DNA from: Candidatus Latescibacterota bacterium
Lineage (GTDB): Bacteria; Latescibacterota; UBA2968; UBA8231
Length of the DNA stretch: 64,000 nt
Direction of reading: 5' to 3'
NCBI GenBank assembly: GCA_964291625.2
Contig: OZ220090.1
Span: 1,024,001-1,088,000 of the forward strand
Shown here: positions 30,961 through 39,985 of the stretch, piece by piece
Layout: every line of letters starts with the position of its first letter
Numbering within the stretch: position 1 is the stretch's first letter
The notes under the pieces: model-generated
What the model was told of the DNA's origin: nothing
Seen by the model: only the letters and a program-made list of their open reading frames with translations
The model's database searches: none
Translations under genes and position numbers: made by a program

Positions 30961-32097
30961 TCAGCGGCTCGGACCCGCCGCCTCGGCCGCCCACGTATCC
31001 GCGACCTCGCCGCCGTCGACGACGGCATAGGAGCGCGCCAGGTTGGCCACCGGGCAGGAGTGGTTGGGCACGATCCGCAGGCGGCTGCCGAGGGGCAGGT
31101 AGGAGGAGCCGCGGGGGACGAAGCCGTGCTCCTCCGACAGCTTGGCCACGGTGAGGGGGCTCCTGCGGCCGGGGAAGTCGGCCAGGGTGTAGGCGGTGCC
31201 GTAGCCGGGGGCCCCTTGCAGGCCGTGGGCCCCCTGGTCGGAGGTCAGGCTCTTGGAGCCGGCGTCGGTGATGAAGTACTCGTCGTTGCGGCTGATGATG
31301 GTGGCCAGGACGGTGAGGGCCACCTGCTCGGGCTCGATCAGCCCCAGGCGCAGGGGCGTGTGGTCCATGAAGACGTAGTTGCCCGGCCGGATCTCGGTGA
31401 GGCCGGAGTACTCCTCCGCCGCCAGCACCGTGGGGGTGGAGCCCACGGAGAGCTCGGGTACGGGAAGCCCCTGCTGCACGAGGCGGTCGCGCACGGCCAG
31501 CAGGATGCGGCGCTCCTCCTCGGCGATGCGGACGACCTCCGCGGCGTCGGCGGCGCCGTAGGCGTGCCCGGCGTGCGAAAGCAGGCCGCACCAGCGCAGG
31601 TCCGGTCCGGCGTCGATGCGGCCGGCGAGGGCGGCGACGTCGGGGTCGTCCTCCCCCAGGCCGCAGCGGTGCAGGCCGACGTCGATCTTGACGAAGACCC
31701 CCGGCTCCCTGCGGTGCTCCCGGGCCCGGGACTCCAGCAGGTCCAGCCCCTCGCGGCTGTCGACGATCAGGCGCAGGTCCACCCCGAGGTCCCGGCACCC
31801 GGTCAGCAGGCGGTCGAGCTTGGCCGGCGTCATCAGCGGTTGCGCCAGGGTCACCGACGGGAAGCCGCCCCGGGCGAAGACCAGGGCCTCGTCGACCCGC
31901 GCCGCCGTGATCCCGCAGGCCCCCGCCGCCATCTGCAGCCGGCCGATCTCCAGGGACTTGTGGGTCTTGACGTGGGGCCTCAGACGCAGCCCGTGGCGCC
32001 GGGCCTTCTCCTGTACGGCATCGATGTTGGCCTGCAGGACCCCCCGGTCGAGAAGGACGGCCGGGGTTTCGAGGTCGGCGAAGGGAGGTTGGGGCAT
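30961..32097 (-). CDS. D-threonine aldolase/DSD1-like PLP enzyme (alanine racemase fold)
   Basis: LRPHVKTHK, HRCG, HAGHAY, GSTPT, EIRPGNY, DAGSK, LSEEHG, PNHSC. Confidence 0.9.
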   Translation of the reverse strand: MPQPPFADLETPAVLLDRGVLQANIDAVQEKARRHGLRLRPHVKTHKSLEIGRLQMAAGACGITAARVDEALVFARGGFPSVTLAQPLMTPAKLDRLLTGCRDLGVDLRLIVDSREGLDLLESRAREHRREPGVFVKIDVGLHRCGLGEDDPDVAALAGRIDAGPDLRWCGLLSHAGHAYGAADAAEVVRIAEEERRILLAVRDRLVQQGLPVPELSVGSTPTVLAAEEYSGLTEIRPGNYVFMDHTPLRLGLIEPEQVALTVLATIISRNDEYFITDAGSKSLTSDQGAHGLQGAPGYGTAYTLADFPGRRSPLTVAKLSEEHGFVPRGSSYLPLGSRLRIVPNHSCPVANLARSYAVVDGGEVADTWAAEAAGPSR

Positions 32098-32250
32098 GGG
32101 GCTCTCGCGGGAGGGGCGGGGGGCGTCGAAGGTATCCAGGCGTTTCGTGGATGTCCAGCGGTGCGACCGTCAGTCGCGGCGGTCCCGTCGATCGCCGCAA
32201 GCGCCAGCGAAGAGGCGTTGCCGTCAGGCGCTCCCGCGATCCCGGGGCCT

Positions 32251-32271
32251 GGCGGATCCTCGGGATCCGCC
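32251..32271. other. Perfect GC hairpin in a divergent intergenic region
   Basis: GGCGGATCC-TCG-GGATCCGCC. Confidence 0.5.
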
Positions 32272-32430
32272 TGACAGGCGCAGCGCAGCGGGGCCGGGCA
32301 CGGAACCACCGGCGGCACCGGCCGGGACTTTGACAGCCGCCCTCCACCGTGCGACGATCTGCGGGCGGTTGCAGGAACGACGATCCTGCCGCCCTCGGAG
32401 TCCCCCGTTCCTCGTGAGAGGAGTAGCCAG

Positions 32431-33819
32431 ATGACACCCTGGATCTTCGTGCACAACCCGCTCGAGCGCTGGCTCGACGACTACCCGCGCATCTTCGACG
32501 CCTGGGAGGAGGGCGGCGTGCGCGGCATCGTCGTCGGCCGCCTGTGGTTCGTCCAGGAAGACGGCGACGGCATGCCCCTGTGGGGGGATACGCTGACCCC
32601 CGCCTTCCCCGCCGACCCGAAGGGCTACGCCTCCCTGGGGATCAACCCGCCGCCCCAGACGCCGCGCAACCTGGAGAAGGAGAAGAAGCTCCACGCCCTG
32701 CTCGACGATGCCGCCGGCCGCGGCTGGAAGATCCTGGTCTTCGATTCGCGAGACGGACTCCGCCTGCTCTACCAGCGCGGCCAGGGCACGGTCTCGGGCC
32801 TGCCCCCGGAGCGGGACCCGGTTGGCGCGGTGGAGATCGCCGCCGGCGTGCAGGACATCATGGGCGCCTTCCCCCAGGCCCACGGCGTCGTCCTCGACCA
32901 GCCGGGGGAGCACGACTACGAGCTGGAGCTGCACCGCGGCACCGAGCTCTTCAAGCTGCACGGCCTGCAGCGCCACCGCTTCGAGATGCAGGGGGCGGAC
33001 CTGCCCCGCATCGAGCGCGCCATCGCCCGCCTGCGGCGGCGCTTCCACGAGCTGACCCCGGACCTCGTGCGCTACCACGCACCGGGGGGGCTGCTGGGCG
33101 CCCTGGAGCTGTTCGACCTGGAGGAGGACGGCCTCTACTGGCTGCGGGTGCGGCGGCAGACCGCCCTCGACTTCATGGCCGCCATGCGCGCACGGATCGA
33201 CGAACTGGACTGCACGCTGGAGCTTGGCGGCATCCCGCGCACCGCCGCCTTCTCAGGCCTCACCGGCCAGGACTTCGGGCAGATGGCGCGCTACTTCGAC
33301 CTCGTCTTCCCCAAGCACTACTTCTGGCACCGCGGCAACGACGGCCTCTACGGGACCGCGGCCCGCTGGGTGCAGCAGGTCGGCGCCTGGAACCCCGCCC
33401 TGACCGAGGCGGACTGCTTCGCGGTCGTCAAGGCGTGGATGGGGCTGGAGCTTCCGGGAGTGGAGACGCTGGCGGACATGGAGCTCGGGTTTCCGGAGGA
33501 GTTCTTCGAGGGGCTGGTCCACGACGAGACGAGGCGCGCCCTGGAAGCCGTGGGGGAGGAAAAGGCGATCCCCTGGGTCTCCACGGGGCGGCACCCCCAC
33601 GGCGGCGAGGCGATGCCCGCCCGGGATCTGCACGGCATCCTCACCGCCTCGAAGCGGGCCGGGGCCCGGCGCTTCCTCTTTCAGCCGGACCCGGACCTGG
33701 GGGCCTCGGAGTGGAGCGTGATCTCCGGTCTGTGCGGCACCCGGTGGCGCCAGTCCCCGGAAGGGTACTGGCCGGCCGATTCGACGCGGCCCGATGTGTT
33801 TGGGGCGGAGTCCGGGTGA
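32431..33819 (+). CDS. Hypothetical protein (possible TIM barrel)
   Basis: 462-aa ORF with host-like codon usage and a GAGGAG RBS. Confidence 0.7.
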   Translation: MTPWIFVHNPLERWLDDYPRIFDAWEEGGVRGIVVGRLWFVQEDGDGMPLWGDTLTPAFPADPKGYASLGINPPPQTPRNLEKEKKLHALLDDAAGRGWKILVFDSRDGLRLLYQRGQGTVSGLPPERDPVGAVEIAAGVQDIMGAFPQAHGVVLDQPGEHDYELELHRGTELFKLHGLQRHRFEMQGADLPRIERAIARLRRRFHELTPDLVRYHAPGGLLGALELFDLEEDGLYWLRVRRQTALDFMAAMRARIDELDCTLELGGIPRTAAFSGLTGQDFGQMARYFDLVFPKHYFWHRGNDGLYGTAARWVQQVGAWNPALTEADCFAVVKAWMGLELPGVETLADMELGFPEEFFEGLVHDETRRALEAVGEEKAIPWVSTGRHPHGGEAMPARDLHGILTASKRAGARRFLFQPDPDLGASEWSVISGLCGTRWRQSPEGYWPADSTRPDVFGAESG

Positions 33820-33820
33820 G

Positions 33821-34141
33821 TCAGCCGCCGGGGGTGCGGTACGACACGCTCTTGCTCACCGCCTCGTCCACGGTCTCCGGCGTCACCAGGACCGTCACCT
33901 CCACGTCGAGGGCGCCCGCGGCGGCGACCCGGAGGGAGACGGCGGTGGCCGCGGCGTCGTCGGGAAGCTCCGTGATCAGGTAGAGGTCGCAGGGACCGAA
34001 GGCGTAGTAGAAGCCCTCGAGGGTGCCCCCCATCCCCTCGATCGTCTGCCTGAGGGCCTCGCGCCTGCCGGTGCCCCCTTCTCTGAGGAGACCCTCCAGG
34101 CCTGCCTTCGTGTAGCTGGTGCGGAACATGTACTTGGCCAT
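33821..34141 (-). CDS. GYD-domain protein
   Basis: SYTKAGLEGLLREGGTGR...GGTLEGFYYAFGPCD. Confidence 0.85.
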   Translation of the reverse strand: MAKYMFRTSYTKAGLEGLLREGGTGRREALRQTIEGMGGTLEGFYYAFGPCDLYLITELPDDAAATAVSLRVAAAGALDVEVTVLVTPETVDEAVSKSVSYRTPGG

Positions 34142-34269
34142 GGCTCTGCCCTCCTTCAGGGTGGTTGCTTTCGGCCTGGCGCCCGGTGCGGCGATGGCGC
34201 CGCGCGGGGCGCTCGAAGTCTATGGGGCCACCTTTCCCGGGGAAACCCCGGAGGCGCCGCTGGCACCGG

Positions 34270-37200
34270 TCATGGGCGGCCGGGTCCCCCCGAGAGATAG
34301 GGCGCCATGTCCCAGAGCAGAATCGTGCCGTCCCAACTCCCGGTGGCCAGGATGGCGCTATCGGGGGTGAACGCCAGGTGAAGGACCTGGTCGGAATGCC
34401 CCGCAAAGAAGGCCTTGAGCTGACCGAGGGCCACGTCCCAAAGCAGAACCGGGTCGTGGCCCCAACCACTACTGGCCAGGACGGATCCATCGGGCGAGAA
34501 GACCAGCGAACGCACGGCGGAGGTATGCCCCTCGAGAGTGGCCCTCCGCTGGCCGCCGGCGACATCCCACAGGCGGACCGTCCCGTCCCTGCTTCCACTT
34601 GCCAAGGTGGTTCCATCAGGCGAGAAGGCCAACTCCATCACGTCCTGGGGAGCCTGCCATAGCGTGGCCTTGATCTGGCCGCTGGCCACGTCCCACAGGA
34701 GAATCCTCTTCTCGAATGAGCTGGCGCTGGCCAAGGTCGCCCCGTCCGGTGAGAACGCCAGCCGATCGACTCTATCTGTATGCTCCTCGATGATGGCCTT
34801 CGGTTGGCCGTCGGCCGGGTTCCATAGCCGAATCGACGGGTCCAGAGGACCCCCACCACTTGCCAGGGTGGCACCATCCGGAGAAATCGCGAGGGAAACA
34901 ATGAGACTCTGTGCTTTGAGAGTTGCCCGAGGAAGGCGGCTGGGTACATCCCACAGGTAGACTGTGCTGTCCGGCCAGGATCCAACACTGATCAGAGTGG
35001 ATCCATCCGGCGAGAAGGCCAACCTCTCGACCGTTGAAACATGGCTTTCGAGGACGGCCTCCGGTTGACCGCTGGCCGCATCCCAAAGCCGGATCGTCAG
35101 GCCGTCAGAGCTGGCCAAGGTGCCTCCGTCCGGCGAGAACGCTACCGAGGTGGCATGCTCATCGGTTGGCAGGGAAGCCTTCAGTTGACCACTCGCTACT
35201 TCCCACAGGCGGATCTCGCGCCACTCGGCATTGGCGACGGTGGACCCGTCCGGGGAAACAGCCAGAGAGCGGATCCCGGAGGAATGCGCCAAGCCTGTCC
35301 GAACGGAGCCATCGGCCACATCCCACAGGCGAACGATGTTGTCAGCGCTGGCAGTGGCCAGATCGGTCCCCTTCGGCGAGAACGCCACCGAAGTGCCTTT
35401 GTATGCGCGGCCTCCAAGGGGAAGGGTCCTCATGAGCTCGCCACTGGAGGAAGTCCATAGATGCACCGCTTTCTCGTAACTGCTGCAACTGGCGAGTATC
35501 ATCCCATCCGCAGAGAATGCCACCGCGTTTACCGGGTATATCGGGGGTGAGGGCCAGTAAGCGAACTGGCTGGAGTCCCAGTCCGTGCGACCCGTCAGAG
35601 TGGCCCTCCAGTGCCCGGCGGTCACGTCCCACAACCCGACCGAATTCGATTCTCCGGCAGCGGCCAAAGTGGCTCCATCCGGGGAGAACGCCACCGAAAA
35701 GACGCTGTTGTAGACCCCCTCTTGGAGGGCCTTGGGTCTTCCGCTGGGTACATCCCACACCTGAAGCATCGATCCTTCCCGGAATTCTCGCGACCCGGCA
35801 CTGGCGCCGACAAGGGTGGCACCATCCGGCGAGAACGCCACCGAACGGGGAACCTTATTGGCCTGCAGGGTAGCCTTTGTCTGGCCGCTGGCCACGTCCC
35901 ACAGCCGGAACGTACGCTCCCCGCCGGCACTGGCCAGTGTAGCCCCCTCTGGCGAGAATGCCACCGAGGCAATCGGTCCCTGATGTCCTTCCAGAGTGGC
36001 CTGGAGTTGACCGGCAACCACGTCCCACAGCCGAAGAGTGGCGTCCTGGCTGCCACTGGCCAGGGTAGCTCCATCGGGCGAGAACGCCACCGAGGTCACG
36101 GGCCTCACATGTCCGGTGAACAAGTCGACTTCCGCGCCGGTGCCCCCATCGTAGAGCCAGATGCCAATGCTGCTGGCCACCGCCAGCCGGTCGCCGTCGG
36201 GGGAATAGGCGACAGCCCGGTCGCTATCGCCGATCCACCCCTTGCCCAGACGGGCGAGAGCGCCTTCGGGCAGTTCCCAGAATTGGTAGGCCGGCCGCTC
36301 AGGGAAACCTCCCCTGTCCACCACAGGGCTACCATCAAGCAGGGCCAGCGCCACCGGGGTGGCCAGACCCGTGCTAACCAGGAGCTCCACGCCCGTTCCA
36401 TCCAGATTGCTGCGCTGGATCCGGTCGCGGCCCGAGTCGGTCCAGTAGAGCTTGCCCTCCTCGACGTCCACCGCCAGCCCCCGGGGAGTGACCAGACCCG
36501 CAGTGATCAGGTCTTCCACCTCGGAGCCGTCCAGGTTGGACCGTTGAATCCGGTCGGTGCCGTAGTCGGTCCAGTAGAGCTTGCCGCCAACCGGATCTAC
36601 CGCCAGTCCAATGGGAGTGACCAGGCCGGCCGTCACCAGATCCTCGATCCGAGAGCCGTCGAGGTTGGACCGCTGAATCCGGTCGGTGCCCGCGTCGGCC
36701 CAGTAGAGCTTGCCCCCCGCCGGGTCCAACGCGAGCCCGGTGGGAGTGACCAGGCCGGTGGTGACCAGATCCTCCACCTGGGAGCCGTCCAGGTTGCATC
36801 GCTGGATCTTGTCCGTGCCCGAGTCGGCCCAGTAGAGCTTGCCCGCCCCCCCGTCCACTACCAGTCCCCGCGGGCCTGCGAGCCCCGTGGTGACCAAGTC
36901 CTCGATCCGGGAGCCGTCCAGGTTGGACCGCTGAACCCTGTCGGTTCCCGCGTCGGTCCAGTAGAGCTTGCCCCCTGACCCGTCTACCGTCACGCCGCTG
37001 GGCGTGATCAGACCGGTGACCACGTCCTCCACGTTGGAGCCGTCGCGGTTGGACCGCTGGATCCGGTCCGTGGTCCAGTCCGCCCAGTAGATCTTGCTCC
37101 CCACGTACGGCGGCTTCGGGGCCACCGGCGACCCGATGTCGGCGGGCAACAGCGGATGGGAGGGATCGACGCTGTGGATCATCAGCAGCCAGGCGTCGGT

Positions 37201-38082
37201 GATGTCCACCTGGCCGTCGGCGTTCACATCGCCCAGGGCGATGTCGCCCTCGTTCGGCATGACCGTAGAGGGGTCGATGCTGTACAAAGCCACCAGAAGG
37301 GCATCGGTCACGTCCACCCGGCCGTTGTTGTCCACGTCTCCCAGGAGGGGCTCGGCAGCCGAGGAAGCCCTCTTCGCCACAGGGGGTCCGCGCGACGCCT
37401 GGACGGCGATGTCCAACACCGCCCCTTCGGCCGGCACCTGAAAGGCTGGCTCGACGTAGGGAGTCAGCCCTGCGCCCGACACGACCAGGCCATATGCAGG
37501 CAGCGGCGCCAGCCGGCCGGGCTCCACAACCCCTGAGGCCACCCCCGCCGCCACTCCCGCCTGGCCGTCCACCAGCACCATGCGCCCCGTCAGGGAGACG
37601 CCCTCCCCGCGCAGCCGGTAGAGGTAGATGCCCGCCGCCACCGCCCGGCCGGCCGCGTCCGTGGCCTGCCACCGAGCCGTGTGGTACCCGGCCGGATGCG
37701 GACCGTCTACCAGGGTGGCGATGCGCTGACCCACCAAGTTGAACACCTCCAGCCGCACGTGACCCGGGGTGGGCAGCTCGTAGGGGATGATCGTGGCGGG
37801 GTTGAACGGGTTGGGGTAGTTCGGCCCCAGGTGGATTCGCCGAGGCAGCGCGCGGACGGAGGAGGAGGACGAAGCCCCGGCGGGAAGGGTGAAGCGGCCC
37901 GATGCGTCCGTGGTCGCGCCGGCGGGAGGGAGGCGGAGATCGGCCAGGTCGAAGAGGAGCAACCGGGCGCCGGCGGCGGGTTCGCCGGAGGCCAGCCGCA
38001 CCCGGCCCTCGAGGGCGGGCTCCGCGGCGGCCTGCGAGACCAGCAGGGCAAGGGCCAAGAGGCCGACGAACGTGCGATTCAT
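34270..38082 (-). CDS. Large secreted protein: FlgD-Ig/T9SS-CTD-like domain, dockerin-like pair, six LDLR class B (YWTD) repeats and ~14-15 WD40 repeats
   Basis: Signal peptide; NYPNPFNPAT...VFNLVGQRIATL...GIYLYRL; GDVDNNGRVDVTDA and GDVNADGQVDITDA; six K(L/I)YW(T/A)D repeats; AFSPDG...LWD repeats. Confidence 0.88.
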   Translation of the reverse strand: MNRTFVGLLALALLVSQAAAEPALEGRVRLASGEPAAGARLLLFDLADLRLPPAGATTDASGRFTLPAGASSSSSVRALPRRIHLGPNYPNPFNPATIIPYELPTPGHVRLEVFNLVGQRIATLVDGPHPAGYHTARWQATDAAGRAVAAGIYLYRLRGEGVSLTGRMVLVDGQAGVAAGVASGVVEPGRLAPLPAYGLVVSGAGLTPYVEPAFQVPAEGAVLDIAVQASRGPPVAKRASSAAEPLLGDVDNNGRVDVTDALLVALYSIDPSTVMPNEGDIALGDVNADGQVDITDAWLLMIHSVDPSHPLLPADIGSPVAPKPPYVGSKIYWADWTTDRIQRSNRDGSNVEDVVTGLITPSGVTVDGSGGKLYWTDAGTDRVQRSNLDGSRIEDLVTTGLAGPRGLVVDGGAGKLYWADSGTDKIQRCNLDGSQVEDLVTTGLVTPTGLALDPAGGKLYWADAGTDRIQRSNLDGSRIEDLVTAGLVTPIGLAVDPVGGKLYWTDYGTDRIQRSNLDGSEVEDLITAGLVTPRGLAVDVEEGKLYWTDSGRDRIQRSNLDGTGVELLVSTGLATPVALALLDGSPVVDRGGFPERPAYQFWELPEGALARLGKGWIGDSDRAVAYSPDGDRLAVASSIGIWLYDGGTGAEVDLFTGHVRPVTSVAFSPDGATLASGSQDATLRLWDVVAGQLQATLEGHQGPIASVAFSPEGATLASAGGERTFRLWDVASGQTKATLQANKVPRSVAFSPDGATLVGASAGSREFREGSMLQVWDVPSGRPKALQEGVYNSVFSVAFSPDGATLAAAGESNSVGLWDVTAGHWRATLTGRTDWDSSQFAYWPSPPIYPVNAVAFSADGMILASCSSYEKAVHLWTSSSGELMRTLPLGGRAYKGTSVAFSPKGTDLATASADNIVRLWDVADGSVRTGLAHSSGIRSLAVSPDGSTVANAEWREIRLWEVASGQLKASLPTDEHATSVAFSPDGGTLASSDGLTIRLWDAASGQPEAVLESHVSTVERLAFSPDGSTLISVGSWPDSTVYLWDVPSRLPRATLKAQSLIVSLAISPDGATLASGGGPLDPSIRLWNPADGQPKAIIEEHTDRVDRLAFSPDGATLASASSFEKRILLWDVASGQIKATLWQAPQDVMELAFSPDGTTLASGSRDGTVRLWDVAGGQRRATLEGHTSAVRSLVFSPDGSVLASSGWGHDPVLLWDVALGQLKAFFAGHSDQVLHLAFTPDSAILATGSWDGTILLWDMAPYLSGGPGRP
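36400..37100 (-). repeat. Six intragenic ~129-bp tandem repeats (YWTD propeller)
   Basis: CCAGTAGA motif recurs at 36442, 36571, 36700, 36829, 36958 and 37084. Confidence 0.9.
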
Positions 38083-38150
38083 GCCACCCACTCCCTCAAA
38101 AAGAGCCAGGAGAGAACTAGCACACCTGCTCCCCAGGAATCCAAGGGAAT

Positions 38151-38176
38151 AGCCAGGGGCAGCCCAGCCCCTGGCT
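38151..38176. other. 10-bp-stem hairpin upstream of the large repeat protein gene
   Basis: AGCCAGGGGC-AGCCCA-GCCCCTGGCT. Confidence 0.45.
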
Positions 38177-38391
38177 GCTCAGGCCAAGTCGCCGACGAAC
38201 CATGCCCTCGGAGGGTTGCGTCCGCCATAGCGGCCGCCATGGGCTGCCCTATCTTTCGCCGACCGGACCGCTCAGGCTCGGCCGGCGATCCACCGCGATG
38301 CCGGCCTTCCCCACCATCTCTGCAACTGGATCATGATTCGACCCGTGACAGACCAACTCGCGGCGGCCGAGGCCCGGCCGGCCCCGCTCCC

Positions 38392-39975
38392 ATGACCGGC
38401 GCCGAGAGCGTCGTCCAGGCCCTGACCGCCGCCGGCGTCCGCCACCTCTCCGCCCTCTCCGGCAACCAGAACCTCCCCATCTTCGACGCCTGCATCGGCA
38501 GCGGCCTGCGGCTCATCCACACCCGCCACGAGGCCGCGGCCGTGCACATGGCCGACGGCTGGGGCCGCCTCACCGGCGAGCCGGGGGTGGCCCTGCTCAC
38601 CGCCGGGCCCGGCCACTGCAACGGCGTCACCGGCCTGTTCGTGGCCCGGGCCGCCGAGTCGCCCCTGGTGATGATCAGCGGCCACAGCCCGCGCTCGCAG
38701 GCCGGCATGGGCGCCTTCCAGGAGCTGGACCAGGCGGCCATGGCGGCGCCCGCCGCCAAGTGGTCCCACACGGCCGACGGGTCCGGGCCGCTGGCGGAAC
38801 TCGTCGCCCGGGCGCTGAGGACCGCGGTCGGCGGCCGCCCCGGGCCCGTGCACCTCAGCCTGCCCATGGACCTGCTGCAGACGGAGGAGGCCCTGGGTCC
38901 ACCATCGAGGGCGGAAGGGCTTCCAGAGGAGGAGGCCCGGCTGAGCGAGAGCGAGGCCGGGGAGATCCTCGACCACCTGCAGAGCGCCGCCCGCCCCCTG
39001 ATCCTGGCCGGTCCCGCCATGTCCCGCGGCGGCCACTGGCAGGCGGTGCAGGCCCTGCAGTCGGCCTCCGGCGTCCCGGCCCTGCCGTGCGAGAGTCCGC
39101 GGGGCGTGGACGACCCCTGGCTGCGCGGCGCCACTCACTGTCTGGCCGAGGCCGATCTCGTGCTGCTCCTGGGAAAGAGACTGGACCACTCCCTGCGCTT
39201 CGGAGAGCCCCCCGCCTTCTCGGAGTCGGTCCGCTTCCTCGCGGTCGACGCCGAAGAAGCGCTCAACCCCTCCCGCCTCGACGGCTGCTTCCGGGCCGAC
39301 CCCGCCGAGGCCGCGGCCACCCTCACCGACGCCGCGGCGCAGCGGCCATGGCAGGACAGCCCGTGGGGCCGGCAGGTCCGCGAGGCGCGCGCCGAGCCCC
39401 CGGAGTGGCCGGCCCACCGCGACAGCGCCGCATCGCCCATCCACCCCCTGGCGCTGTGCGAGAGGCTTCAGCCCTTCCTGGACCGGGACGGCGTCTTCGT
39501 CTGCGACGGCGGCGAGTTCGGGCAGTGGATGCAGGGCGGGCTCAGCGCCGGGGTGCGGCTGATCAACGGCCCTTCCGGCTCGATCGGCAGCTCCCTGCCC
39601 ATGGGCATGGCCGCCAAGGTGCGCCACCCGGAGCGGCCGGTCTTCGTCTTCCAGGGGGACGGCACCTTCGGCTTCCACGCCCTCGAGATCGACACCTGCC
39701 TGCGCTACGGCCTGCCCGTGGTCGTCATCGTCGGCAACGACGCCCGCTGGAACGCCGAGGTGCAGTTGCAGATCCGCCAGTACGGGCCGGACCGCACCAT
39801 CGGCTGCGACCTCCTGCCGACCCGCTACGACCGGGTCGCCGAGGCCCTGGGCGGGTTCGGCGAGCGGGTCGAGGATCCCGGCGAGCTGGCGCCCGCCGTC
39901 GAGCGCGCCCTGGCCAGCGGCCTGCCCGCGGTGATCGACGTCACCATCGACGGACTGCCGGCCCCGGTCTTCTGA
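38392..39975 (+). CDS. Thiamine-pyrophosphate-dependent enzyme (acetolactate synthase-like)
   Basis: TRHEAAAVHMADGW, TAGPG, GRPGPVHL, GDGTFGF...N. Confidence 0.9.
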   Translation: MTGAESVVQALTAAGVRHLSALSGNQNLPIFDACIGSGLRLIHTRHEAAAVHMADGWGRLTGEPGVALLTAGPGHCNGVTGLFVARAAESPLVMISGHSPRSQAGMGAFQELDQAAMAAPAAKWSHTADGSGPLAELVARALRTAVGGRPGPVHLSLPMDLLQTEEALGPPSRAEGLPEEEARLSESEAGEILDHLQSAARPLILAGPAMSRGGHWQAVQALQSASGVPALPCESPRGVDDPWLRGATHCLAEADLVLLLGKRLDHSLRFGEPPAFSESVRFLAVDAEEALNPSRLDGCFRADPAEAAATLTDAAAQRPWQDSPWGRQVREARAEPPEWPAHRDSAASPIHPLALCERLQPFLDRDGVFVCDGGEFGQWMQGGLSAGVRLINGPSGSIGSSLPMGMAAKVRHPERPVFVFQGDGTFGFHALEIDTCLRYGLPVVVIVGNDARWNAEVQLQIRQYGPDRTIGCDLLPTRYDRVAEALGGFGERVEDPGELAPAVERALASGLPAVIDVTIDGLPAPVF

Positions 39976-39985
39976 GGGGCCGCCC

